From an uncultured Candidatus Saccharibacteria bacterium (GTDB taxonomy: Bacteria > Patescibacteriota > Minisyncoccia > Phycocordibacterales > UBA2100): a stretch of DNA of 64,000 nucleotides. The stretch spans positions 240,564 through 304,563 of the forward strand of contig CAYSUJ010000001.1 of NCBI GenBank assembly GCA_964434285.1. The letters run 5' to 3'. The position numbers were made by a program, and so were the translations under genes. The stretch's first letter is position 1; every line of letters starts with the position of its first letter. Below, piece by piece: positions 37,462 through 46,489 of this stretch. The notes under the pieces are model-generated. The model made no database searches, was not told the origin of the DNA, and saw nothing but the letters and a program-made list of their open reading frames with translations.

Positions 37462-37502
37462 CCACCCCACAGAACAAGGCGACGCCTTGTTCTGTGGGGT
37501 GG
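37462..37502. repeat. Perfect 20-bp hairpin CCACCCCACAGAACAAGGCG-a-CGCCTTGTTCTGTGGGGTGG, 13 nt upstream of the RAYT start
   Basis: Read directly. The same CAAGGCGACGCCTTGTTC core is at 36747-36764, after three CCCAAGG tandem repeats (36721-36752). Confidence 0.6.
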
Positions 37503-37560
37503 CTTAAAATAAGAATATTATTGGTACACGACTTTGAGCTTGGGTGCACGAGCGTGCTGG

Positions 37561-38509
37561 TTACGGCAGACTTTCGCACACGCTACCATCCTTATTGCCA
37601 TCGAGACGATGAACATCGTTCCCAACGCCGCCGCACTGTTCAAACACTGACTGCGCCTCGGCTTGTGTCTTGAAATGCGAACAGTTGTAGGTGTTCGTTG
37701 AACATGTGTACCCGCCACCTGCGGGAGCTGGCTCTTCTTCTGACTCAGGCGAAAGTTCGGGTTCGGGTTTGGGTTCCGTCTTAGGCTCCACTTTCGGTTC
37801 CTCCTTTTTAACTTCCAGAGGAGTCGCCGGCGGCGCAGCGGAAGCAGGCGTTGTCGAGGCCCCGAGCACCGCAGAAACTGCGGGCACGGGGGGGCAAGAT
37901 CACTTTTTTTACTTCTGCTTTCACGGTCGGTTTCGGGCACGCGTCTGGCGCCCAGAGCCCCTTTCCTCCTTCTCGAGCCGCCGCCTCTGCGGCCTTGAAT
38001 GTATCCTGGTATTTATAATCGTCGTCGTACGTATATTCGTACGCATAGCCATCTTCAATCATCTTTTGGTTGAGATGCACTCCGTTCTCCGCAAAAAGAT
38101 ACACGAGGAGGCGTTTGTATTTGTCTCGCTCACCCTGGCTTGAATCCGTCTCCACCGCCACGCGCTTGCCGATTATTTTCTTGAGGTACGCTGTTGCCTC
38201 AGCGCCAAAACACTCGACACCTGCACGCGCATCGTTTGTTTCCGGCGTATCGATCCCAATCAAGCGCAGCGTCTCGTTTTTCTCCCTCATCTTGATCGTG
38301 ACAGTGTCACCGTCAATGACCTTTATGACCTCGTACAGCTCCCGCGTGGACGATGCCTGAGCGCTCTGCTCGTCCCCATCCTCAAACATCTCAAAACCGC
38401 TCGCGGCATCCGCTATCTGCGAATCATTTTTACTCGGCACAAAAAACGCCGCTCCGAGCCCAAGTCCTATCCCGATCGCCCCCACGAGAACGAGAAGCAA
38501 CTGTGGCAT
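37561..38509 (-). pseudogene. Secreted thermonuclease (SNase-like) with C-terminal Excalibur Ca-binding domain, split by a +1 frameshift at a C7 tract
   Basis: SNase motifs VIDGDTV...LRLIGIDTPE in frame A (37808..38509). Excalibur motif CSHFKTQAEAQSVFEQCGG...LDGNKDGSVCESLP in frame B (37561..37887). The frames overlap at the homopolymer 37888-37894, and removing one C joins them. Confidence 0.6.
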
Positions 38510-38510
38510 A

Positions 38511-39524
38511 TCACCCGAAGAGCTGCGCGATTGCGAGCACTGGTTCTGCAAAGAACACCCAATCAGCAACCACAAAGAGCATCGACATAATACCGAGAAG
38601 TGCGCCCGCTTTTGCGGCATGACGCAGGTGGTGGCGATGCAGCTCCCATTCCACATCGAAGAAAAGTGCGACAAGTATAATGAGACCAATAACATAATAC
38701 GCGTACTGCAACACATGTCGCGGCTGCGCGACGAGGAATGCCCACCATGGCCGCTCGTCCGGCGTCATGATCGCCGCATCGCCGTCTTGTTCCGCGAGCG
38801 CACCACTGACTCCCACCTCTTCATGTGGTGCAACAACTTCCACCTGCTCGCCAAGGACGTCGGGAGATGAAGCCTCAGCAATCGTGGGCGCAGGAGCCGC
38901 AGCAACGGCGCGCCCAAGCGCATCCGATTTCGGTCGCCCAAACATCTGCACGGCAAACACCGCCTCGCGTCCCTGATACATCCCGACAGCCGTCGCGATG
39001 CCAATCTCCGTGTAGCGCGGATTCACGATGTTGTCGCGATGCGTCGGCGAATTCATCCACGCATTCTGCACGTCACCGGAATCAACGAAATTCACCGCGA
39101 GATTCTCCCCCGCAAATTGGTAGTCATAGCCAACTTTCTTTAACCAGTGCCACGAATCATATCCCTCCGGTGTTGTGTGCGAAAAATAGCCCTTCTCGGC
39201 CATATCGTTCGCTTTCGCTTGCGCCGCGGCGGTCAAAACTGGATTGGCCTCAAGGCGCTCGAGCGCGAGCGCTTCACGATCATTGTTTGCAAGATCCACC
39301 AAGACCGATGCGATCACCGCCGCAACATACGGCGTATGCATCTCGCGCACCACGCGCTCGACGACACCCGCCGCGACGAAGAGGCACACCACAAGCGCCC
39401 CCGTCGCCACCATGACGGAGTGTTTCAGATATTTCGGTTCAAAACTGTATTGTTTTTTGACGTGCTTTCGTGAGCGGCGTTTCGGACTCATCTCATGTAT
39501 GGTACACGGCAAAAACGCGTGCAA
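38511..39524 (-). CDS. CAP/SCP/PR1-domain protein with N- and C-terminal membrane segments
   Basis: GYFSHTTPEG...GENLAVN...NAWMNSPTHRDNI CAP-domain motifs. Confidence 0.65.
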   Translation of the reverse strand: MHAFLPCTIHEMSPKRRSRKHVKKQYSFEPKYLKHSVMVATGALVVCLFVAAGVVERVVREMHTPYVAAVIASVLVDLANNDREALALERLEANPVLTAAAQAKANDMAEKGYFSHTTPEGYDSWHWLKKVGYDYQFAGENLAVNFVDSGDVQNAWMNSPTHRDNIVNPRYTEIGIATAVGMYQGREAVFAVQMFGRPKSDALGRAVAAAPAPTIAEASSPDVLGEQVEVVAPHEEVGVSGALAEQDGDAAIMTPDERPWWAFLVAQPRHVLQYAYYVIGLIILVALFFDVEWELHRHHLRHAAKAGALLGIMSMLFVVADWVFFAEPVLAIAQLFG

Positions 39525-39554
39525 AATAGTTTTTCAACAGGTGAAATCGCCCCC

Positions 39555-40181
39555 TCACCACGCCCAGAAAAATCCAAGCACGCGCGCGAATAACGCTGGC
39601 ATCGACTTGATCGCGCTTTCAAAACGAGTCATGAACGGAGGAGAATGCCCCTCAGTTGATGAAGAAAGACGTGCCTCAATGGATTCTTCATTCCCGTGCT
39701 CGTCTTTGGTAGTCGCACTCACTTCCGCTCCACTCTCATCGACGCGCGTCGAGACTTCAAGGTGCATCGGCTGTCCTGCTCCCACTTTCTTCTCATACTC
39801 ACGCGTTTCTGTCTCGCCATTTCGGGATGTCTCCACCTTCACCCTTGCCTCACCTCCCTCTGAACCGACATTAATGTATGTTTCCGAGCGCGACGACGCA
39901 CTCACATCGCCATCAGAAACCGAGGAGCCGCCGCTTCCCACTACCTTCCCACCAGTTGATACGGAAGAATGATTTTCAATAATGACAGCGCCACCCTGCC
40001 CCTCCGCAGCCTGCGACGCCTCACGCACGAGTTCGTCGACCCAAGACTCGGCGCTTACAAAACTCGGCACACCCAGAAAAACCACAGCCACCGCGAAGGC
40101 GCGCGGGAACGTGCCTTGAGCGAGCATCGCGCAGGGCACTCGCACACGTGCGAACACTTGGCAGAAGCTCGTTTTTTTCAT
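39555..40181 (-). CDS. Hypothetical secreted Ser/Gly/Glu-rich protein
   Basis: Signal peptide AFAVAVVFLGVPSFVSA. Low-complexity acidic body. Confidence 0.45.
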   Translation of the reverse strand: MKKTSFCQVFARVRVPCAMLAQGTFPRAFAVAVVFLGVPSFVSAESWVDELVREASQAAEGQGGAVIIENHSSVSTGGKVVGSGGSSVSDGDVSASSRSETYINVGSEGGEARVKVETSRNGETETREYEKKVGAGQPMHLEVSTRVDESGAEVSATTKDEHGNEESIEARLSSSTEGHSPPFMTRFESAIKSMPALFARVLGFFWAW

Positions 40182-40230
40182 GCGTGCAATCAACATACGG
40201 CTCGAACAAGGCACGCTCACGCGCGCAGAG

Positions 40231-43149
40231 CTACAATTCAAACGCCTCCACAAACGGCACTAAGCTGAAGAAGAGTCCTGAGAACAACCGGAGCGGGAGC
40301 CCCATCTGCACTTCCGTGCTTGGCTTTGGCGCGAGCAGGTTTACGCTCTGTATTGGCTTCGGTGCAAACGCATTCTGCTTCGGCGCCACCTGCCCAGTCT
40401 CATTTTTCTTGAGAAGCACGTCGAGTCCGACACCCGGTGCCTTCACGGAACCGCGGAACCGCGAGATCTCACTCAGCTGCGCCTCGGAGAGATCGAATGT
40501 CATTGCGTTCTGGCAGGCGATCTCGTTCACTTTCTTCTGTGTCGTGTAGTAGACGTTCCCCGTCGGTCGTGAGATGCCCCATGGCGTGAGGATGTCCGTC
40601 GCATACTTGCTCTGGAAGCGCATGACCGCAGCAAGGGTCTTCGAATCATAGGTACCGGTGGTGTCCAAGGTCTCGCCCTCGTATGAATTGAGGAATGTCT
40701 GGAGCGCCACCACCTGTCCCGGCGCATTCTGCTTCATTGGGCGAATGTATTCCGTAAGGAGGGGGGCGCAGGTCTCCTCTCCCAACACTTCGCCACCGGG
40801 CAAGATCTCGATAACCTTCTTCGCCACAATCGTCGCGAGTGGAATACCTGTGTCATACATACCCGTCATCTTTGCCGTGTTGGTGTAGTAGCCCGGCTTT
40901 ACGGTCGCACCAAAATCAACCGTGTATTTAATGGTAACCACCTCTTTTTCCTTAAGGGTGCCCAAATCCCAGCGCTGCGTGCCAATCTCCTTGCCATCCG
41001 GTGAGACCAAGACGTCAGTCACCACCACCTTCTTAAGCTTTCCGCCCTGATTATCGACGGTGATCACATATTCAACCTGTGTTGGTCCCGAGATCGTGCT
41101 TGCGCTTGCTTCCTTTGTGAGGATCACATTCGGCTTATAGTAGCTCTTGCCGCCTGAGCCGCCACCCGAGCCACCGCCGCCGCCACCGCCTCCACCGATA
41201 ACCTGCTCCGTAATGTCGCCAAGAATATCTGGCTCGCCTGGCTTTACGCCGAACTGCAGATCGCCGTCCCAATCGCCTGCGATGTTGAACATCGCGAAGA
41301 TCCAGTCTTGCCCAATGATCGTCTGGTTGACCACGTTCAAGATCGAGAGGAATGCGTCTGCATCTCCCGTGTTAATCGTTGCCGACTGCCCTTCCGCCGT
41401 GTTCGCGCCCGTCCTCGCCTCCACAATCGCACCGTTCAAGATGCGCGCGTAATTCGTGGTCGAGGCGATAAGTCCGTCATGTCCTGCACGATCGCTCGCG
41501 CCACCCGCGCCACAGATGAGGTGACCAAACTCCGTCCCTACGTGCTGGAAGCCCTCCGGCATCTGTACCACTTCACCATTCCAGTCTCCGCCGACAGAAA
41601 CCACGAAGCAGATAGGCGCACCGATCTGGTTCACAAAGTTTGCAACGGTCGTCTTTGCACGTGCATCACCTGTCGTGATATCAGAGCCTTCGGTCGAGAG
41701 CGCCGTGTTATCGCCCGTAAGCGCTGTTGTCGTACCGTTGTTCAAAACACCCGCGTCGTTGTCCACCTTTAAGACACTGTCGCGACCAAGTGTCGCACCC
41801 GTTGAGAGTGTCTTAAAGAATGCGCCATCTGGAAGCAGAATGTCGCCGGAAAGGTCACCCTCGTTATGCATTAGGAGAATGAGGTAGCGGGAATCAACGA
41901 GCTGAAGGTTACCGAAGTTCACGATACCGCCATAGGCAAGCGCGTCCCCTGTGTCGATCGTCGCATCGCCCTCTTCTGAGTGGGCACGATTCTCGCCAGA
42001 GAGCGAGCTGACCACGAGTTCATTCTTGATCTCGACCTCGTTCTCAGTGTAGAGGCGGAATTTCGCGTCGTCGGTGTCATCGCAACCCGTAAGGTTACAT
42101 GCCGTTGTGACGAGTCCAGAGAAAAGATCAATGATGCGCTGCGTGAAATCAAGCGCATCGCCGAGAGGATTGCGAAGGAAGAGAATGTTTCCTGTCGAAT
42201 TTGTGATTGCGATATTGAAGAGTGAAATGAGATAGCCGAATGCCTTTGAGCGTCCGGTCACGATAAGCGCATCACCTGGCTCCGTCACCTCGGTTGCACC
42301 CGTGAGATCCGTCTGCCCTTCGGTTGAAGTTGCCGTGTCGGCGAGTTCATCAGTAATAGATTCAGCGGTAGTACTTGCACCGGCAACGTCACCAAGGTTA
42401 GCCTCATCACTCGAGCCGCCGCCAGAGCCTCCACCCGAACCATTCGCAGAGCCGCCATCGCCGCCTGAGCCACCCGAACCACCGTCACCACCAGTTGCAC
42501 CGGAATCGGCCCCTGTTTCGCCATCTGCTGTTGCGTCGGCACCTGCGCCATCTCCACCTGTGCCACCCGTGCCAGCGTCAGCGCCACCACCAGTGCCGTC
42601 GCCGCCGTCACCACCTGCTCCGCCTGAGCCGCCCGTAGCGTCCGCGCCCGCATCGGTACTTTCGGAATCAGCCGTGCCGGTGCCGCCATCGCCACCCGCA
42701 CCACCATCGCCAGCGTCGCCAGTTGAAGCATCCCCACCAGTGCCACCATCACCACCCGCGCCACCCGTTGCGCCGGCATCGGTGCCATCACCAGTTGCGT
42801 CCGCCGTGCCGCCATCGCCGCCTGTACCCGCATCGCCGCCGCTTGCACCAGAACCACCGTCGCCGCCAGTTCCTGCGTCCCCGCCAGTTGCATCGGCGCC
42901 GCCATCTGTCCCGCCATCCGTCGACTCAGAAGTCGCCTCAGGCGCAGGATCTGAGGTTGTCTCCGTTGTTTCCTCAACAACAGGTTCCGGTGTTGGCTCG
43001 GGAGTAGGTTCGGAGACCGCCTCAGCAGTGGGTGCAGGATCAGCTTCTTGTGCAAATGCTACAAACGCAGGAAGTGGCGCCGCAAACACAAGAACGAACA
43101 TCGTGACGATGCTCGCAAGCTGCATAGTGATGGAGTTTTTTGTAAACAT
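40231..43149 (-). CDS. Giant (972 aa) secreted surface protein: Gly/Asp/Thr low-complexity N-terminal region, TGDA-repeat beta-domain, poly-Gly linker, C-terminal peptidoglycan-binding-like domain
   Basis: Signal peptide MQLASIVTMFVLVFAAPLPAFVAFA. (GGDGG/TGGDA)n. C-terminal LQTFLNSYEGETLDTTGTYDSKTLAAVMRFQSKYATDILTPWG resembles PG_binding_1. Confidence 0.7.
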   Translation of the reverse strand: MFTKNSITMQLASIVTMFVLVFAAPLPAFVAFAQEADPAPTAEAVSEPTPEPTPEPVVEETTETTSDPAPEATSESTDGGTDGGADATGGDAGTGGDGGSGASGGDAGTGGDGGTADATGDGTDAGATGGAGGDGGTGGDASTGDAGDGGAGGDGGTGTADSESTDAGADATGGSGGAGGDGGDGTGGGADAGTGGTGGDGAGADATADGETGADSGATGGDGGSGGSGGDGGSANGSGGGSGGGSSDEANLGDVAGASTTAESITDELADTATSTEGQTDLTGATEVTEPGDALIVTGRSKAFGYLISLFNIAITNSTGNILFLRNPLGDALDFTQRIIDLFSGLVTTACNLTGCDDTDDAKFRLYTENEVEIKNELVVSSLSGENRAHSEEGDATIDTGDALAYGGIVNFGNLQLVDSRYLILLMHNEGDLSGDILLPDGAFFKTLSTGATLGRDSVLKVDNDAGVLNNGTTTALTGDNTALSTEGSDITTGDARAKTTVANFVNQIGAPICFVVSVGGDWNGEVVQMPEGFQHVGTEFGHLICGAGGASDRAGHDGLIASTTNYARILNGAIVEARTGANTAEGQSATINTGDADAFLSILNVVNQTIIGQDWIFAMFNIAGDWDGDLQFGVKPGEPDILGDITEQVIGGGGGGGGGSGGGSGGKSYYKPNVILTKEASASTISGPTQVEYVITVDNQGGKLKKVVVTDVLVSPDGKEIGTQRWDLGTLKEKEVVTIKYTVDFGATVKPGYYTNTAKMTGMYDTGIPLATIVAKKVIEILPGGEVLGEETCAPLLTEYIRPMKQNAPGQVVALQTFLNSYEGETLDTTGTYDSKTLAAVMRFQSKYATDILTPWGISRPTGNVYYTTQKKVNEIACQNAMTFDLSEAQLSEISRFRGSVKAPGVGLDVLLKKNETGQVAPKQNAFAPKPIQSVNLLAPKPSTEVQMGLPLRLFSGLFFSLVPFVEAFEL

Positions 43150-43399
43150 ACGTATTTAAAGTTGGTTTTCCCTGGTAATGGTGGAACTGCGACCGTCGTC
43201 AAAAGTTTTTTCCTGCTGGAAAAACTTTCGACCCTGTCTCGCCCCGACGGGCTCCGGCCTTGCGACGGGGCCCCAACCCCGTCTCACCCTCTCCGAGAAC
43301 CCGAGAGCATTTCCCTAGCAGCTAGAAGCTAGTACCTAGAAGCTCTTACCGATTCTCGTGAGAAGGAGGGAGGTTGCCCTCCCTGCCTTCTTCCGCCAT

Positions 43400-44272
43400 T
43401 TAGCGGATAACGCGGATCAAGAGCGAATTGATGAGATTCACTGCACCCGAGTTAGATACTGCAGCACCCGTTACGATGAGGCCGCCAGCACCGCCGTTGC
43501 CGCCGTTGCCGCCGTCACCACCTGAGCCTGCCTTACCACCGTCTGCATCTGCATCTGCATCAGCATCGCCGTCTTCAGCGTCTGCATCTGCGTCAGCGTC
43601 AGCTTCGCCGCCGGTTGAGCCGTTGCCAGCATCATCACCGTCGCCACCGAACGAGCCATCAGCCCAGTTCCAGCCGGTCTTAGCGTATGCGTCTGTCTTG
43701 TTGACGAGAGCGCCTCCGTTAACAACTGCGATTTCAACTTCATTGTCTGCATCGTAGTCGACATCGTCGAAATCTTCGACATCGTCGAGATCAGCATCAC
43801 AGCCACAGCCCTCAACCTTGATGTCGGTCGAGTTGATGACGTTCATCGTGCCAGCGTTTGCTTCTGCATCGCCAGTTGCGATTGTGCCACCAGCACCGCC
43901 TGCGCCGCCGTTACCGCCGTCGCCGCCTGAGCCGCCCTTACCGCCGTCTGCATTTGCATCAGCATCTGCATCGCCGTATTCGTCAGCATCTGCATCTGCG
44001 TCAGCATCAGCGTCGCCGCCGTAGCCGCCGTTGCCGCCCTCCTCGCCGTCGCCGCCGTAGGAGCCGCCTGCCCAGTTGCCACCCGTTGAAGCAGTTGCAG
44101 TCGTCGAGTTCACGACGAATGCGCTGTTCACGACAGTGACCTTCACATCGTTGTCCAAGTCAACGTCGATCTCCGAGTCGTTGTAGTCTGCAAACGCTGG
44201 GAGAGCCGCCGTCAACGAAAGGAGTGCTGCGATCGTTGCAACCGCTGCACCGTAGTTCATTGTCTTTGTCAT
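43400..44272 (-). CDS. Secreted Gly/Asp/Ala-rich repeat protein with an internal tandem duplication of about 120 aa
   Basis: Signal peptide. Two homologous halves, each with VVN-x-T, GG-NWAGGS-GGDG, (DA)n and TGDA-x-N-x-G-x-N-I-NS segments. Confidence 0.6.
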   Translation of the reverse strand: MTKTMNYGAAVATIAALLSLTAALPAFADYNDSEIDVDLDNDVKVTVVNSAFVVNSTTATASTGGNWAGGSYGGDGEEGGNGGYGGDADADADADADEYGDADADANADGGKGGSGGDGGNGGAGGAGGTIATGDAEANAGTMNVINSTDIKVEGCGCDADLDDVEDFDDVDYDADNEVEIAVVNGGALVNKTDAYAKTGWNWADGSFGGDGDDAGNGSTGGEADADADADAEDGDADADADADGGKAGSGGDGGNGGNGGAGGLIVTGAAVSNSGAVNLINSLLIRVIR

Positions 44273-44755
44273 AATTATTTTTGAATTTAGAAGATTCTGT
44301 TAATTCCCTTTTAATCTCCCATTCCGCCCCCGTACGGATGGCGTAATGCTGGAGTCCTCGACCTCGTGTCTGTGTAAGAGCCGCTAAGCCCCCCGTGCAG
44401 TCCACGGCGCGATTCCTCGGGGGAGGAATCGCGCCATACACTTCACGCGTTTTCCTCCGAACGAACAGCCAAAACACCACGAGCAGAAACTCGCGACGTT
44501 AATACAAAAAAACCAGTACTGAAAATCTTGTAATGAGTCATGCGCTCGAAAGCGCTGGTTTCCCCATCTCACTTAACAAGCTCGCGCTTGTTATGGAGAT
44601 TGCTCACTGATTTCCCTTACTGGTTTCCTTACCATCTCACTTTGCGTAGAGATGATGCAGGGATTATCTCGCACCCACACGTGAAGTCAATGTTTTTTTC
44701 GTGTGGATAACGCCGACGATACAAATATCTGCATGCGTCAATAATTTTTAAAAGA

Positions 44756-44790
44756 AAAATCCCCGGAAAGTTCTGGGGATTTTTCTTTCT
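44756..44790. terminator. Bidirectional terminator AAAAATCCCC-ggaaagttct-GGGGATTTTT
   Basis: Perfect 10-bp stem with A/T runs on both sides. Confidence 0.6.
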
Positions 44791-44968
44791 TCGAGGTAAG
44801 GCTTCTGAACGGGCCCAAGACAGTAGGGAAACCAGCGCAAAGCTGTCTGTCTCGGGACCCGTTCCGAAGTCCTACACGCAACGAACATTCATACCAACAC
44901 CCGGCAAATCCGCGACACAGTGTCTGTCTTGGAACCCGTTTCGAAGCCGAACCAAAGATCATTCTCGC

Positions 44969-44994
44969 GCAGCGGGCGCTTACGCGCCCGCTGC
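44969..44994 (-). terminator. Hairpin GCAGCGGGCGC-ttac-GCGCCCGCTGC directly 3' of the 45003..46130 (-) gene
   Basis: 11-bp perfect GC-rich stem 9 nt after the stop. Confidence 0.5.
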
Positions 44995-45002
44995 CCATTC
45001 AC

Positions 45003-46130
45003 TTACCAGAATCGGTCAAACATTCGTCGGAAGAAGTCAGAAATTCGATTGCTTGGGAGCGTTACCACTCCTGCATCTTCACGCTGGCCTTCACCCTTAT
45101 CGTCACCCGCGTTCTCTACCGGCGCGGCAGGTGCCTTCAGTGCTGGAGCTATCGCACGAACTGCTGCCGTTTGAACGGTACCTCCCACCTTTCCGGTTTC
45201 GACGATACTCTGCTCATCAGTCGAAAGCGGGAACTCTTTGCCCTCACAGTAGATCTCATTCACCTGCTTACGGGTCGTGAGGTACACGAATCCTGTCGGC
45301 GAAGTGAGCCCCCATGGCATCAAAATCTTCTCGGCGTACTTGCCCTGAAACGCGAGGACTGCCGCGTGAGTAGTGTCATCAAAGACACCGTTCACTTCCA
45401 CCTCGAACCCATCCTTCTTGAGCACATCCTGAAGTCGCTGCACTTGCTCAAGCTTGTTCTCGCCCCCCTTCTTCAGGAAGTCGGTGAGATACATGTCGCA
45501 GGACGTAACACCCTCGAGATATGCTGGAGTCGACGTGCCGAGAACGCTTCCGCCTCCACCACCTCCGCCACCTCCACCGCCACTCCCACCGCCCGAGACG
45601 GGGTCAGCTTCGTCAGAGTCCCCTGAATTAGCGCATCCAGGATCCTCCATATCAATTTTTCCATCGGCATCATTGTCAGTCCCATCGCTACAGGCTGGGT
45701 TACTACCTCCACCGCCACCGCCATTATCCTCGTCAACGCATTGATCATCGACAAGAACCTTCCCCTCAGGAACTGATTCCTGGGCGCCGTCTATGTTAGG
45801 ACAAACGTCCGTTGGTTCTTCGCCACCTCCACCGCCATCACAGTTAGGCGGAAGGTTACCAAGCTCGTCAAAAATATCGCATGGATCAACAGGAACGTCC
45901 GGAACGTCGCCACCGCCATTGCCTCCATCAGAATCACCGCCTCCACACGCGCTTTCAAGTTCTGCAGGAATTGGCTCGCCTGCCGCCTGGAGCGCGGCGT
46001 ACGTCTCGCAGATAATGTCCTCCGCAAGCGTATCTGCATAAACCTCACGCTGGTTTCCCAAAACCACCGCAACCAATGAGAGAAACGCGAGAATAATCGC
46101 GATTCCTATGTGTGCTTTTCGTAGTGTCAT
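45003..46130 (-). CDS. Secreted Gly/Asp-rich protein with C-terminal peptidoglycan-binding-like domain
   Basis: Signal peptide. (G)n and DxDxDG-like acidic stretches. C-terminal LQDVLKKDGFEVEVNGVFDDTTHAAVLAFQGKYAEKILMPWG is paralogous to the C-terminus of 40231..43149. Confidence 0.65.
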   Translation of the reverse strand: MTLRKAHIGIAIILAFLSLVAVVLGNQREVYADTLAEDIICETYAALQAAGEPIPAELESACGGGDSDGGNGGGDVPDVPVDPCDIFDELGNLPPNCDGGGGGEEPTDVCPNIDGAQESVPEGKVLVDDQCVDEDNGGGGGGSNPACSDGTDNDADGKIDMEDPGCANSGDSDEADPVSGGGSGGGGGGGGGGGSVLGTSTPAYLEGVTSCDMYLTDFLKKGGENKLEQVQRLQDVLKKDGFEVEVNGVFDDTTHAAVLAFQGKYAEKILMPWGLTSPTGFVYLTTRKQVNEIYCEGKEFPLSTDEQSIVETGKVGGTVQTAAVRAIAPALKAPAAPVENAGDDKGEGQREDAGVVTLPSNRISDFFRRMFDRFW

Positions 46131-46489
46131 AAACGTGAGTAATTTTTGTAGTAATTAAATTCCCCTGCTAAACAAAACTGGCGTCAGGGTATCTCCCTAG
46201 AAGCGCGAGTCAATATAGCCAAACGCAAGCAATTATGCCGTGATTTTAATATGTCTTTTATTTATAAAAATAAGCATCGCCATGCGATGTCTTTTTAAAG
46301 ATGTGTCCCTTAAATATCCTTTGATACCAACGTTTGGGAGTATAGGTGAAAGGACACACTGTCCTTTGTCTTTTATAAAGGACAGTGTGCGTCGCTAGCG
46401 AGAGGAGCTTGACGAGAGCGTCAAAAATCATTGTATCTTGTTCCCGTACTTCTCCCTCTTTCCTGGGCCGGTCTTGGTATACTTTGCCC

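Noticed and set aside
42285-43159. 256-aa minus-strand and 285-aa plus-strand Pro/Ala/Arg-rich ORFs inside the giant surface-protein gene
   Set aside because: They are alternative-frame or antisense readings of the (GGN)n-rich N-terminal region of 40231..43149. The same holds for 43428..43757, 43471..43815 and 43858..44139 within 43400..44272, and for 45454..45744 and 45793..46041 within 45003..46130.
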